Notes: generated by a model from the letters alone, not told the origin. A DNA stretch of 64,000 nt from Pseudomonadota bacterium (GCA_040387615.1 JAZKDK010000021.1:72311-136310); one strand, 5' to 3'; shown: positions 29,579-39,879, counted from the first letter of the stretch. Translations and numbers: made by a program.

Positions 29579-30318
29579 CCGCGCTTCTTGAAGTCAACGA
29601 CGTCACCAAGCGTTTCGGCGGCCTCACCGCCGTGAAGAACGCAACCTTCACGCTGCAGAAAGGCGAGTTCACCGGAATCCTCGGACCGAACGGCGCGGGC
29701 AAGACCACCCTGTTCAATATGCTCACCGGCTTTATGGCGCCCACATCCGGAGCTGTCACATTCAACGGTGAAGCTGTGGAAGGACTCGCGCCCTACAAGG
29801 TCGTCAACCGCGGCATGGCGCGGACCTTCCAGCTCTGCCGTCCTTTTGTGGGCATGAACCTGCTGGAGAATGTTCTCGTCGCCTGCATGTCGCCACGCGC
29901 CCATGTCGACAAGGACAAGGAAGAACGCGCGCGCCACCTCCTCGAACAGGTAGGCCTCGGCGGACGCGGGCTGGAGCCCGTCGAAACGTTGCCTTACGGC
30001 GACCTGCGACGGCTCGAAATTGCGCGCGCGCTGGCGACCCGGCCCGATCTCTTGTTGCTCGATGAACCCTTCGCCGGATTGGGCAGCAGCGAGATCGAAC
30101 CGCTTGCGCAACTGATCAAACGCCTGCATCGCGAGGAAAACCTGACCATCCTTCTGATCGAACACAAGCTGCGCGAGTTCATGGCGCTGGTCTCCCGGGT
30201 GATCGTGATGAATTTCGGCGAGATCATCGCCGTGGGGCCACCCGACGAGATCGTGAAGAACCCGAAAGTGATCGAAGCCTACATCGGAAAGACGGAGGAC
30301 GCTCATGCCTCTGCTTGA
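29575..30318 (+). CDS. ABC ATP-binding protein (LivG-like)
   Basis: GPNGAGKTT, LPYGDLRRLEIARAL, LLLDEP, IEH. Confidence 0.92.
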   Translation: MTALLEVNDVTKRFGGLTAVKNATFTLQKGEFTGILGPNGAGKTTLFNMLTGFMAPTSGAVTFNGEAVEGLAPYKVVNRGMARTFQLCRPFVGMNLLENVLVACMSPRAHVDKDKEERARHLLEQVGLGGRGLEPVETLPYGDLRRLEIARALATRPDLLLLDEPFAGLGSSEIEPLAQLIKRLHREENLTILLIEHKLREFMALVSRVIVMNFGEIIAVGPPDEIVKNPKVIEAYIGKTEDAHASA

Positions 30319-31012
30319 AGTCTCCGATCTGCGCGTCAGCTACGGCAAGGCGCTCGCCATCGAGTCCGTTTCGATCAAGGTCGACAAGGGTGAGCTGATC
30401 GGCGTGCTCGGCCCCAACGGCGCAGGCAAGACCACGCTGTTGAAAGCCATCTCGCGCTCCATTCCCTCGCAAGGCACGTTGACCTTCAAGGGCCAGTCCC
30501 TCGACGGCGTCGCGCCCTACGACGTGGTGGCGCGCGGCATCTGCCACTGTCCCGAGGGCCGCAAGCTGTTCTCGGAACTGTCGGTGCTGAAGAACCTGCA
30601 ACTCGGCGCCTACCTGCGCAAGAACAACGCCGAGATCAATGCCGATCTGGAGCGCGTGTTCACGCTGTTTCCGGTGCTGCGCGAGCGGCAATGGCAGCAA
30701 TCCAGCACGCTGTCCGGTGGCGAGCAGCAGATGGTTGCGATCGGCCGCGCGCTGATGGGACGACCGGAGTTACTGCTGCTCGATGAGCCGTCGGTCGGCA
30801 TCGCGCCACGGCTGAAGGGCCTGATCTTCGATGCGATCCAGCAAATCCGGAAGGACGGCACCGCCATCCTGATTGTCGAGCAGGACGCGACCTCGACTTT
30901 GCGAATCACCGACCGCGTCTATGTCCTCGAGCATGGCCGCACCATTCGCGAGGGCACGCCGAAAGACCTCGCGGGCGATAAGTACATTCAACAGGTTTAT
31001 CTTGGTGTGTGA
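30305..31012 (+). CDS. ABC ATP-binding protein (LivF-like)
   Basis: GPNGAGKTT, LSGGEQQM, LLLDEPS, VEQ. Confidence 0.92.
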   Translation: MPLLEVSDLRVSYGKALAIESVSIKVDKGELIGVLGPNGAGKTTLLKAISRSIPSQGTLTFKGQSLDGVAPYDVVARGICHCPEGRKLFSELSVLKNLQLGAYLRKNNAEINADLERVFTLFPVLRERQWQQSSTLSGGEQQMVAIGRALMGRPELLLLDEPSVGIAPRLKGLIFDAIQQIRKDGTAILIVEQDATSTLRITDRVYVLEHGRTIREGTPKDLAGDKYIQQVYLGV

Positions 31013-31040
31013 CGAAGCGCCAAACGCCGCGCCTCGAATC

Positions 31041-31114
31041 CGTCATGGCCGGGCTTGTCCCGGCCATCCACGTCTACTTTCTCAGCCAGCGTCCAAGACG
31101 TGGATGCCCGGGAC
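31041..31114. repeat. REP-like palindromic intergenic repeat, family A (right end decayed)
   Basis: cgtcatggccgggcttgtcccggccatccacgtc...gacgtggatgcccgggac; homologous to 42842 and 59333. Confidence 0.8.
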
Positions 31115-31163
31115 GATCTTGATAAGCTGAATCTTCAAATTACCTCGACACGAAACCGCCGCG

Positions 31164-31559
31164 TTACTTCTTCTCCAGCGCGCCTTCGGCCTTGAGCACT
31201 TCGTGCGCGGCCTTGAAGGCCTCGAGGCCAGCCGGAATGCCGCTGTACACGGTGGCGTGCAGCAGCACTTCCTTGATCTCTTCGACGGTCACGCCGTTGG
31301 TCAGTGCGCCTTTGACATGGAGCTTGATCTCGTTGGGCGCTTTCAGTGCGGTCAGCATGGCGAGATTGAGCATGCTGCGGGTCTTGCGATCGAGACCCGG
31401 CCGCGTCCAGGCGTAGCCCCAGCACCATTCGGTGGTGATGTTCTGGAACGCCATCATGAAATCGTCAGCCTTGGCGATGCTGCCGTCGACGTAGTCCTTG
31501 CCAAGAACGTCACGACGGACGGCCAGACCCTTTTTGAATTGTTCGCTTTCACCGCTCAT
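31164..31559 (-). CDS. Carboxymuconolactone decarboxylase (CMD/AhpD-like) family protein
   Basis: GLAVRRDVLG, WTRPGLDRKTRSML, LHVKGALTNG, YSGIPAG; start set at ATG 31559. Confidence 0.88.
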   Translation of the reverse strand: MSGESEQFKKGLAVRRDVLGKDYVDGSIAKADDFMMAFQNITTEWCWGYAWTRPGLDRKTRSMLNLAMLTALKAPNEIKLHVKGALTNGVTVEEIKEVLLHATVYSGIPAGLEAFKAAHEVLKAEGALEKK

Positions 31560-31669
31560 GACGCTCTCCAGACACTTCGATTGATGATGGGTAATCCAAC
31601 AGCCTTTAGCGGGTGGGCGCAAATCCGACAATCGCCGGATCTGCCGCGCCGCCATGACACATCCGAGGG

Positions 31670-32659
31670 CTAGTTTCCCTTAGCCCCCGACGCCTGAATA
31701 ACCGGCGACCATTTCGCAACCTCAGCCTTGAGATGGGCGGACAGCGCCTGCGGGGTCGCCTGCTCCGGCTTCACCGGCTCGATGCCGAGCGCCGCCAAGC
31801 GCTCGATGACTTTCGGATCTTTCAGCGCGCCCTGCAAAGCATCGCTCAGCGTCTTCTGGACATCAGCCGGCAATCCCTTGGGCGCCCACATCGCGTGCCA
31901 GGCTGCCACCTCGAAGCCCTTGAGGCCGACTTCGTCGAGCGTCGGCAGGTCCGGAAGAATCTTCAGCCGCTCCTTTGTGGTCGCGGCATAACCCTTGATC
32001 TTGGAATCCTTGATCTGCGCCGTGGTGGTTGTGGTCTGGTCGCACATCATGTCGAACTGGCCGCCGAGCAAATCCGACATTGCCGGGCCGGTTCCGCGGT
32101 AGGACAAGGCCGTCATCTGGGTGTTGATCGCGCTCATGAACATGATCGCGCACAGGTGCGACGCAGAGCCGATGCCCGCATGGGCATAAGTGACCGCGGT
32201 TTTCTTCTGCTTGATCCAGTCGATCAGGTCCTTGGCCGTCTTCGGCTCCAAACCCGCCTTGCCGACGATGGTCATCGGCACATCCGCGATGCGGCCGATG
32301 GAATCGAAATCGTCGATCACGTTGTAGCGCAAGTTGTCGTAGAGCGACGGCGCGGTCGCCTGCGCGATGTGCCAGACCGTCACCATGTAGCCGTCGGCGG
32401 GAGATTTCGCGACGCGGGTCATGCCGATCGTGCCGCCCGCCCCGCCGACATTCTCGACCACGATCTGTTGACCCAGCGTTCGTCCCATCGACTCCGCGAT
32501 GAGGCGGGAGACACCGTCCGTCGGCCCGCCCGCCGCAGCCGGAACGATCAAGGTGATCGGGCGCGACGGAAAGCCTTGTGCTGCGGCCGATCCGATTGCC
32601 GACATCGACAGTAACGTCACGGCAACCAAGCCGGCAAACCCAACGAACAGCTTCCGCAT
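31670..32659 (-). CDS. Tripartite tricarboxylate transporter substrate-binding protein (TctC/Bug family)
   Basis: FPSRPITLIVP.AAGG.TD, VENVGGAGGTIG, GIGSASHL, YRGTGPAM.DLLGG; start set at ATG 32659. Confidence 0.92.
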   Translation of the reverse strand: MRKLFVGFAGLVAVTLLSMSAIGSAAAQGFPSRPITLIVPAAAGGPTDGVSRLIAESMGRTLGQQIVVENVGGAGGTIGMTRVAKSPADGYMVTVWHIAQATAPSLYDNLRYNVIDDFDSIGRIADVPMTIVGKAGLEPKTAKDLIDWIKQKKTAVTYAHAGIGSASHLCAIMFMSAINTQMTALSYRGTGPAMSDLLGGQFDMMCDQTTTTTAQIKDSKIKGYAATTKERLKILPDLPTLDEVGLKGFEVAAWHAMWAPKGLPADVQKTLSDALQGALKDPKVIERLAALGIEPVKPEQATPQALSAHLKAEVAKWSPVIQASGAKGN

Positions 32660-32748
32660 GGCGTCCTCCCTTGATGTGTTTCCTTGTCTTCTCTTTTTAT
32701 TCTTTGGCTTGTCGGTCCCGGCTCTGCGGCCGGCTTTAGCTGTCTTGT

Positions 32749-33831
32749 CTAGTTTTGCTGGTTGTCTCCGGCCAATGCGTCGCATACGGCCTTGGTGACG
32801 TCGGCGGTTCTTGCTTTTCCGCCCAGATCGGGCGTGTGCAGCGATTTATCCGCCGTCACTTTTTCGATCGCCCGCATTAGCCGCGCCGCGGCGGACGGTT
32901 CACCGAGATGCTCCAGCATCATCACACTCGACCAGAATGTACCGATCGGGTTTGCTATCCCCTTGCCGGTGATATCGAAGGCCGAACCATGGATAGGCTC
33001 GAACATGGATGGAAACTGGCGCTCGGGATTGAGATTGGCAGTCGGCGCGATGCCGAGCGATCCAGCCAGTGCTGCGGCCAGATCCGACAGAATATCGGCG
33101 TGCAGATTGGTCGCGACGATGGTGTCGAGGGTTTCAGGCTTGAGCGTCATGCGCATGGTCATGGCATCGACCAGCATCTTGTCCCATGTGACGTCGGGAA
33201 ATTCGCGGGCAACCTCGGCCGCGATTTCGTCCCACATCACCATCGCATGACGCTGGGCATTGGACTTTGTCACCACCGTCAGGAATTTGCGCGGCCGTGA
33301 ACGCGCCAGTGCGAACGCGAAGCGCATGATGCGCGCGACGCCTGCGCGCGTAAACATCGACACATCAGTGGCGACCTCCTCGGGCAATCCCCGATGCACA
33401 CGCCCGCCGACGCCGGCATATTCGCCTTCGGAATTCTCGCGCACGATCACCCAATCCAGTTCTGGACCGGAGACGTTACGCAGCGGGCTGACGATGCCCG
33501 GCAGAATCCGCGTCGGGCGGACGTTGGCGTACTGATCGAACGGCTGGCAGATCGCGAGCCGCAGGCCCCACAACGTGACGTGATCGGGCACGTCGGGTGC
33601 GCCTGCGGAGCCGAACAGGATCGCATCGTGAGTCTTGATGAGGTCGCGTCCGTTGTCCGGCATGAACGCGCCGGTCTTCTTGTAGCGCTCCGATCCCCAA
33701 TCGAAATGATCGAACGCGAACGTGAAACCGCCGTCACGCTTCGCGCAGGCGGTGAGCGCTTCCACGCCCGCGGAGATGACCTCGGAGCCGATGCCGTCGC
33801 CCGGAATGGCTGCAATTCGATAAGTTTTCAC
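32749..33831 (-). CDS. Tartrate dehydrogenase/decarboxylase (D-malate dehydrogenase family)
   Basis: IPGDGIG, LWGLRL.ICQ.FDQYANVRP, RENSEGEY, KSNAQRH, MFEPIHGSAFDI. Confidence 0.9.
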   Translation of the reverse strand: MKTYRIAAIPGDGIGSEVISAGVEALTACAKRDGGFTFAFDHFDWGSERYKKTGAFMPDNGRDLIKTHDAILFGSAGAPDVPDHVTLWGLRLAICQPFDQYANVRPTRILPGIVSPLRNVSGPELDWVIVRENSEGEYAGVGGRVHRGLPEEVATDVSMFTRAGVARIMRFAFALARSRPRKFLTVVTKSNAQRHAMVMWDEIAAEVAREFPDVTWDKMLVDAMTMRMTLKPETLDTIVATNLHADILSDLAAALAGSLGIAPTANLNPERQFPSMFEPIHGSAFDITGKGIANPIGTFWSSVMMLEHLGEPSAAARLMRAIEKVTADKSLHTPDLGGKARTADVTKAVCDALAGDNQQN

Positions 33832-33933
33832 GTTGGACCGCTTGATTGGTTGAACCGTCAGACGCGAACTGCCTTGGTTGATTAGGCCGACAAGCCCTCC
33901 AACCTTCTGTGACCGGCAGCACGCTTATGGATG

Positions 33934-33953
33934 CCATCTTCCATGGAAGATGG
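33934..33953. promoter_or_regulatory. Perfect 20-bp palindrome, candidate GntR operator
   Basis: ccatcttccatggaagatgg between the divergent dehydrogenase and GntR genes. Confidence 0.6.
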
Positions 33954-34023
33954 TATGGATGTCAAGATACCTCGCGCTGACCACAGGTCAGCCTCTATAA
34001 GGAAGCGGCAGTCAGGAACGGAC

Positions 34024-34728
34024 ATGAGTCGCCTCAAAACGCCCACCGCAGAGCCGCTTGCCAAGGCACCTTCGCTTGTGGCCGACGCCTATCAGGCGTT
34101 GAAAGACGCCATTCGCGATAACGCGTTCGCACCCGGCTACCAGGGTTCGGAACAGGAAATCGCGCTTCGGCTCGGCATGAGCAGAACACCCGTTCATGAA
34201 GCCTTGATCCGGCTTCAGGAAGAAGGCCTGGTGCGGGTTTTGCCAAAACGCGGCGTTACCGTTTTGGCGCTGTCGCCGGACGATATGCGTGAGGTCTATG
34301 ACGTAATCATCGCCCTTGAGGGCATGGCCGCCGAGTTGATCGCCGCCATGAGCGCGAAAGATCGCCGCCCCATGGTTGCGGCCTTGGAGAGCATCAATGC
34401 CGAGATGAAAGCCGCGTTGCAGCGCGATGAACTCGACGCCTGGGCGCGTGCGGACGATCGCTTTCATCGCACCCTGATCGACGGCAGCGGGAATATGCGC
34501 CTGGCGCGCCTTGCCAATACCATCATGGATCAATCGCATCGCGCGCGGATGATGACGCTCCGCCTGCGCGCCAAACCGACGAAATCGCTCAAGGAGCATC
34601 AGGCGATCATCGCCGCCATCAAGAACGGCGATTCAACGCTGTCGTGCAGCGAGGCCCAAAATCACCGGCGGCGCGCGCGCAGCGAACTGCTGCCGCTGCT
34701 GGACCAGTTCGGGATGAAGCATCTCTGA
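34024..34728 (+). CDS. GntR-family regulator (FCD domain)
   Basis: LGMSRTPVHEALIRLQEEGLV wHTH; DDRFH; EHQAII; start set at ATG 34024. Confidence 0.9.
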   Translation: MSRLKTPTAEPLAKAPSLVADAYQALKDAIRDNAFAPGYQGSEQEIALRLGMSRTPVHEALIRLQEEGLVRVLPKRGVTVLALSPDDMREVYDVIIALEGMAAELIAAMSAKDRRPMVAALESINAEMKAALQRDELDAWARADDRFHRTLIDGSGNMRLARLANTIMDQSHRARMMTLRLRAKPTKSLKEHQAIIAAIKNGDSTLSCSEAQNHRRRARSELLPLLDQFGMKHL

Positions 34729-34837
34729 CCGCGCCGGGCGCAATTGCATAGGCGCATTCGCAAACTGCACCTGCTCCTGACCGGCGAATTGCGGTTCATA
34801 GAGAGATGAGCCGCGATTTGTTCCCCGGGCGCGCCCG

Positions 34838-36076
34838 ATGACCCCCATCACCCCCAACATGAAACCGGGCATGAAGCCGGTGCACATCGCGCTCAATGTG
34901 CTGGCGCTGTGCTTCATGCTGTCCGTGCTCGGGCGCGGACTTGGCGAAACCTTCACCGTTTTCCTGTTGCCGATTTCCCAGACCTTCGGCTGGGACCGGG
35001 CGGAAATCATCTCGATCTACTCGCTCGCAGCGCTGGCCGGCGGCCTGTCGGCTCCTTTCATCGGCCGGTTGTTCGATCGCTCCGGTCCCCGCGCAGTCTA
35101 TACGCTGGGGTTGGCGTTGCTCGGCAGCGCGTTTCTCGCCGCCGCCTATGCGCAGCAACTCTGGCAATTCCAGCTCAGCCTCGGCCTGTGCGTGGGTCTC
35201 GGCATCGCCTGCATCGGCAACGTCCCGAATTCGATCCTGCTTGGCCGATGGTTCGGCCCGAAACTGCCGACCGCGATGGCCGTGGTCTACTCCGCGATGG
35301 GCGCGGGCGTGCTGATCCTGTTGCCGCTGTCGCAGGTTCTGATTGACCGCGTCGGCTGGCGCGGCGCGTATCAGATTTTCGGCGGAACGGCGCTGATCCT
35401 GCTTGTGCCGCTGCTGTTTTTGCCATGGAAGCTGTTCGCGTCGGGCTCGGCAACGCTCGCCAAAAGCGCCGCCGCCGAGGTCCTCGACGAGGGCTGGACG
35501 TTACTCAGCGCCATGCGTCATCACGCATTCTGGGCGCTGTTCTGCACATTCTTTTTCACCGCTGTCGGCATGTTCGCGCTCTCTGCGCAGATCGTCGCCT
35601 ATCTGGTCGATGCCGGATTTCCGCCGTTGCAGGCCGCGACCGCATGGGGCTTCAGCGGCGTCGTCTTGCTGTTCGGCATGCTTGGCGTCACCTGGCTCGA
35701 CGGCATTATCGGACGCCGCCGCTCGGTGCTGTTCAGCTACGCGCTGTCGATCATCGGCATCGGCCTGCTTTGGCTGCTGAAATCGTATCCTAACTTCTGG
35801 CTGCTGACCGCGTTCGTCGTAACATTCGGCAGCATGATCGGCTCGCGCGGCCCGCTGATCACGGCAACCGCGATGAAGATTTTCCGCGGCGAGCGGGTCG
35901 GCACAATTTTTGGAACGATTTCCATCGGCAGCGGTCTTGGCTCCGCCTTCGGTTCGTGGGCCGGCGGCCTGATCCACGACATGACGGGAGGTTACGACGC
36001 GCTGCTGCTGTTTGCCCTCATCAGCGTGATCCTCGGCATGATCCCGTTTCTCGTCGTCCCGGCGTTGCGGCAGTGA
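34838..36076 (+). CDS. MFS transporter
   Basis: About 12 TM; GRLFDRSGPR motif A; DGIIGRR in the second half. Confidence 0.88.
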   Translation: MTPITPNMKPGMKPVHIALNVLALCFMLSVLGRGLGETFTVFLLPISQTFGWDRAEIISIYSLAALAGGLSAPFIGRLFDRSGPRAVYTLGLALLGSAFLAAAYAQQLWQFQLSLGLCVGLGIACIGNVPNSILLGRWFGPKLPTAMAVVYSAMGAGVLILLPLSQVLIDRVGWRGAYQIFGGTALILLVPLLFLPWKLFASGSATLAKSAAAEVLDEGWTLLSAMRHHAFWALFCTFFFTAVGMFALSAQIVAYLVDAGFPPLQAATAWGFSGVVLLFGMLGVTWLDGIIGRRRSVLFSYALSIIGIGLLWLLKSYPNFWLLTAFVVTFGSMIGSRGPLITATAMKIFRGERVGTIFGTISIGSGLGSAFGSWAGGLIHDMTGGYDALLLFALISVILGMIPFLVVPALRQ

Positions 36077-36155
36077 CCGCGAATATCCCGGTTGCGCCGA
36101 TGTCCCGGAGTTGCAATCATCGCCACATAACGAAATCGGATCAGGAGATATTTGC

Positions 36156-37025
36156 ATGAGCGCGCCTGTCGATGCACCGGATTGGCGCAAGCTGACACAG
36201 GAGCAGCTCGACCTCGGTTTCAACAACACGCTCCACGTGCCCGAAACGCCATCAATCGTTGCCGAGTGGGACAGACTTTCCGCCGAGATGCGCGCGCGGC
36301 ATCCGCAATCTCTCGATCTTCGCTATGGCCCGCGCGACCGCAACCGCATCGATTTCCTCAAAGCAAGTAACGGCGGCCCGACGCTGGTGTTTATTCACGG
36401 CGGCTACTGGCAAACGCGCGCCAAGGAAACCTTTGCGTTCTGCGCCAGCGGGCCGATGGCTCACGGCATCAATGTCGCCCTCATCGGTTACACGCTCGCG
36501 CCCGACGCGACGCTCGACCAGATCGTCGATGAAGTCCGCACCGGCATCGATACGCTCGTCAATGAACTACCAGCGCTCGGCGGCGGCACGGACAAAATGG
36601 TTGTGTCGGGCTGGTCCGCTGGCGGCCATCTGTCGTCCATGACGCTCGGGCATCCACACATCAAGGCCGGGCTCCTCATCAGCGGAATTTACGATCTCGA
36701 ACCGATCCGCCACAGCTACCTGAACGCCAAGCTCGGACTGGACGAAGCGATGAGCCGTCGCAACTCTCCCGTGCTGCAGCCGGGTGGCGTCAACAAGCCC
36801 CTCGTCATTGTCGCGGGCAGTGGCGAGTTGGCGTTGCTGCGCAAGCAGTCCGCCGACTTCGCCGCTCATCGCGCGACGCACGGGCTGCCGGTTGTTTATG
36901 AGGAAATCCCCGACGCGAACCACTTCACCATGATGGACGAACTGGCGTCGCCAACCGGACGGCTGACAACGCTGGTCCGCCAGTTATTCGCGCAAACTTC
37001 CAGCAGCCAGGGCGAGCACTCATAG
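36156..37025 (+). CDS. Alpha/beta hydrolase (kynurenine formamidase/esterase-like)
   Basis: HGGYWQ oxyanion motif, GWSAGGH nucleophile, ISGIYDL, NHF; start set at ATG 36156. Confidence 0.85.
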   Translation: MSAPVDAPDWRKLTQEQLDLGFNNTLHVPETPSIVAEWDRLSAEMRARHPQSLDLRYGPRDRNRIDFLKASNGGPTLVFIHGGYWQTRAKETFAFCASGPMAHGINVALIGYTLAPDATLDQIVDEVRTGIDTLVNELPALGGGTDKMVVSGWSAGGHLSSMTLGHPHIKAGLLISGIYDLEPIRHSYLNAKLGLDEAMSRRNSPVLQPGGVNKPLVIVAGSGELALLRKQSADFAAHRATHGLPVVYEEIPDANHFTMMDELASPTGRLTTLVRQLFAQTSSSQGEHS

Positions 37026-37110
37026 GCGGCGAGATCGATGTCTGCATTGAGTCCGCGTTCGCCGATTCGTGCCGCAACCTGATCTCGCAGTTCGTCCGGA
37101 TATTGAGGAT

Positions 37111-37404
37111 TCAGAGGTCGAGCACAACGGTCCCCGAAACGGCATCTGTCATGCCGCGTCCGTCACCCTGATCCTCGAGAAGGGCCCTGAAGCTGTCGAG
37201 TGTCTTGATCATTGCGGGTCGCGCAGCAACCAGCGCTTCCTGACTGGACCACGCGCCGATGAGGCAAAACGTTTGCTCGCCGGTCTGTATGATAAAGCCA
37301 CGCTCGAGGCCCGGCCATTTGGCCTTGCCGTTCCGGTGCGCATCGAGGAAGGCCGCCTCTTCGCCGGACTTCACCCTGAACTTGACTACATTGTAGACCT
37401 GCAT
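37111..37404 (-). CDS. Small hypothetical protein, probable ABM-like alpha+beta barrel
   Basis: 97 aa; YNVVKFRVKSGEEAAF...FCLIGAW pattern resembles dimeric alpha/beta barrel proteins. Confidence 0.6.
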   Translation of the reverse strand: MQVYNVVKFRVKSGEEAAFLDAHRNGKAKWPGLERGFIIQTGEQTFCLIGAWSSQEALVAARPAMIKTLDSFRALLEDQGDGRGMTDAVSGTVVLDL

Positions 37405-37516
37405 AATGCGCTCCAATGTGTTGAAGGGGATGGTATTTCCTTGCTTCATCGTTATTTGAGGCGCCCAAGCGCGCGCCTTAAGGATGACAGTCCCGGGCAG
37501 AATCCGAATTCGCTCT

Positions 37517-38683
37517 TCACGCTACCATCGGCATCCGCTGCTCGATGATGCGCGAAAAGAGACTGGCCCCGACCGGCAAAATCTTGTCGTCGAGAATGAA
37601 GCCGGGATTGTGCAGCGGCACGGTCCCCTCGTGACCCAGCCAGAAATAGGCGCCCGGCACCGCCAACAGCATGTCGGCGAAATCCTCGCTGCCCATTTTC
37701 GGCGTCGGAGTTGTCAGCACGTTCTCGCTGCCGACAACCTCGCGGGCCACGTTCGCCACGAAATGCGACTGTTCTTCGTGATTGACCAGCACCGAGAAAA
37801 TGTCACGGATCTCGATCTTGATCTCGACCTGAAACGCCGCCGCCATGCCCGCAGCGATGGTGCGCATGCGGTCGCGGATCTGCAGCCGGACTTTTTCGGA
37901 AAAGGTGCGCACAGTGCCGGCCAGCGTCGCCTCGCCCGGGATGACGTTATAGGCCGAGCCCGCATGGATCTGCGTAATCGACAGCACTGCGGATTTCAGC
38001 GGATCGACATTGCGGCTGACGATGGTCTGCAGCGCCTGCCCCAGTGTCATCGCAATCACAACCGGATCGCGTGACATTTCCGGCATCGCGCCGTGGCTGC
38101 CATAGCCGGTGATGGTGATGTCGAAGAAATCCGCGCAGGCCATGCTCGGCCCGGGGAAAATCGCGACCTGACGCGGATTGAGCTGCGGGGCGTTGTGCAG
38201 TCCATAGACTTCATCGAGCGGAAATTTCTCGAACAGGCCGTCCTTGATCATGGCGCGCGCGCCGCCGAGCCCTTCTTCGGCAGGCTGGAAAATGAAAGCC
38301 ACCGTGCCGTCGAAGTTGCGCGTCTCCGCCAGATAGCGCGCGGTACCGAGCAGGATGGTGGTGTGCCCGTCATGGCCGCAGCCATGAAAACGATCTGGAA
38401 CTGTCGAGCGCCAGCTGAGATTGGTCTTTTCCTCCATCGGCAGCGCGTCCATGTCGGCGCGCAGACCGATCCGCTTTTTGCCGCCGCCCTTGCCCTTTAG
38501 CAGCCCGACCACGCCGGTGCCGCCGAGGCCGCGATGCACCTCGATGCCCCAACCGGCGAGCTTCTCGGCGACGATGCCCGATGTGCGATGTTCCTCGAAG
38601 CCGATTTCCGGGTGCGCATGAAGATCGCGGCGGATGGCCGTGAGTTCGTCGGCGAAGCTGTCGATGAGTTCAATATTGGGCAT
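37517..38683 (-). CDS. M20D amidohydrolase (hippurate hydrolase-like)
   Basis: RRDLHAHPEIGFEE, LRADMDALP, HGCGHDGH, FQPAEEG, GSEDF, LHNP. Confidence 0.92.
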   Translation of the reverse strand: MPNIELIDSFADELTAIRRDLHAHPEIGFEEHRTSGIVAEKLAGWGIEVHRGLGGTGVVGLLKGKGGGKKRIGLRADMDALPMEEKTNLSWRSTVPDRFHGCGHDGHTTILLGTARYLAETRNFDGTVAFIFQPAEEGLGGARAMIKDGLFEKFPLDEVYGLHNAPQLNPRQVAIFPGPSMACADFFDITITGYGSHGAMPEMSRDPVVIAMTLGQALQTIVSRNVDPLKSAVLSITQIHAGSAYNVIPGEATLAGTVRTFSEKVRLQIRDRMRTIAAGMAAAFQVEIKIEIRDIFSVLVNHEEQSHFVANVAREVVGSENVLTTPTPKMGSEDFADMLLAVPGAYFWLGHEGTVPLHNPGFILDDKILPVGASLFSRIIEQRMPMVA

Positions 38684-38745
38684 GCGGCGTCATCCGTTTT
38701 TCATGAAGATCATAGCCAGGCAAAGCGCGGAGCCATCTTGGCAAA

Positions 38746-39879
38746 TCATTGCAGGCTGGCCAAGAGACCCGCCATCAAACGTCCGCGCTCGACCAGGCTG
38801 TCGACTTCGATATGCTCGTTTAGCGTGTGATAGTCCGCGCCGCGCAGGCCGAGGCCGTCGAGTGTCGGCAGGCCCATCGCGCCGGTGAAGTTGCCGTCCG
38901 AGCCGCCGCCCGAGCTGCCTTGGATCAAATCGAGGCCGATGGACTTGCCCACCGCACGCGCCTGTTCATAAAGCGCCATAGTGCCGGCATTCGGCTCCCA
39001 AACCGGCCGCGTCACGCCGCGCGTCACCGTGAACGTCACCTCGTTTGTCGTGCCGTTCAGCGCCAGCATCCGCTCGACTCCGCGATCGAGATCGGCCTGA
39101 CGTTTTGCCATGCTTAGCGCCTCGCCACGGCAGCTCGACGCCACGCAGTTCACCCACTGCCCGCCGTGGACGACGCCAACGCTGAAGGTGCAGTCATCCC
39201 CGGTCATGCTGTCGATAGCGATGATCTGCCGCGCCATTTCCCGGATCGCCGAACGCCCCGCCGCGAGCGTCGCGCCCGCGTGACTCGGTTTTCCGGCTGC
39301 CTCCAGATTGAACCGCGCAATCGCGTAACGGCCGGTGATGACCCCGGCATTCTTGAATGCCGGCTCCGGCACCAGCACATACTTGTGGCGCGCAGCTTCC
39401 GCCTCGATGAGGTCGCGCGTGCTGGGCGTGCCGACTTCCTCGTCCGGCGTGAAAAGAACCGTCACGGGCAACGGCGTGGTGACGGACGCTTTGGCCAGTT
39501 GCCGGATGGCTTCGAGCGCGGCGTAGTTGCCGCCCTTCATGTCGAGGATACCCGGCCCGTAACACTTGCCGCCCTCGCGCCGCCACGGCAGCTTTTGCAG
39601 CGTGCCGACCGGATGAACCGTATCCATGTGGCCCGCGATCAGGATGCCCGGCTGCCCCTGTTTGGGGTGCGGAAATCGTGCCCGGATGCAGCCGCCGAAG
39701 CCCTGCCGTCCGGCGATATATTCAATCGACGCACCGCCAATCGCCATGTCGCGTGCAGCAAGTTCGAGCATGCGGTTGACCGCGGCAGCGTCCCAGGTCG
39801 GACTTTCGCATTCAACCCACGGGCGCAGGCCCGTCAGCATGGTGTCCACATCGAACGGAAGCGAGGCTGGATTGAACAA
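38746..39879 (-). CDS. M20 metallopeptidase (glutamate carboxypeptidase-like)
   Basis: GHMDTV, DMKGG, DEEVG, EP, GGGSDGN, HT.NE; TTG start uncertain. Confidence 0.88.
   Translation of the reverse strand: MFNPASLPFDVDTMLTGLRPWVECESPTWDAAAVNRMLELAARDMAIGGASIEYIAGRQGFGGCIRARFPHPKQGQPGILIAGHMDTVHPVGTLQKLPWRREGGKCYGPGILDMKGGNYAALEAIRQLAKASVTTPLPVTVLFTPDEEVGTPSTRDLIEAEAARHKYVLVPEPAFKNAGVITGRYAIARFNLEAAGKPSHAGATLAAGRSAIREMARQIIAIDSMTGDDCTFSVGVVHGGQWVNCVASSCRGEALSMAKRQADLDRGVERMLALNGTTNEVTFTVTRGVTRPVWEPNAGTMALYEQARAVGKSIGLDLIQGSSGGGSDGNFTGAMGLPTLDGLGLRGADYHTLNEHIEVDSLVERGRLMAGLLASLQ

Noticed and set aside
5362-34774. CTGCACCTGC motif upstream of both the RND adaptor (~5364) and the MFS gene (~34765)
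   Set aside because: Only 10 nt, two occurrences in GC-rich DNA; cannot be assigned to a regulator without a genome-wide scan
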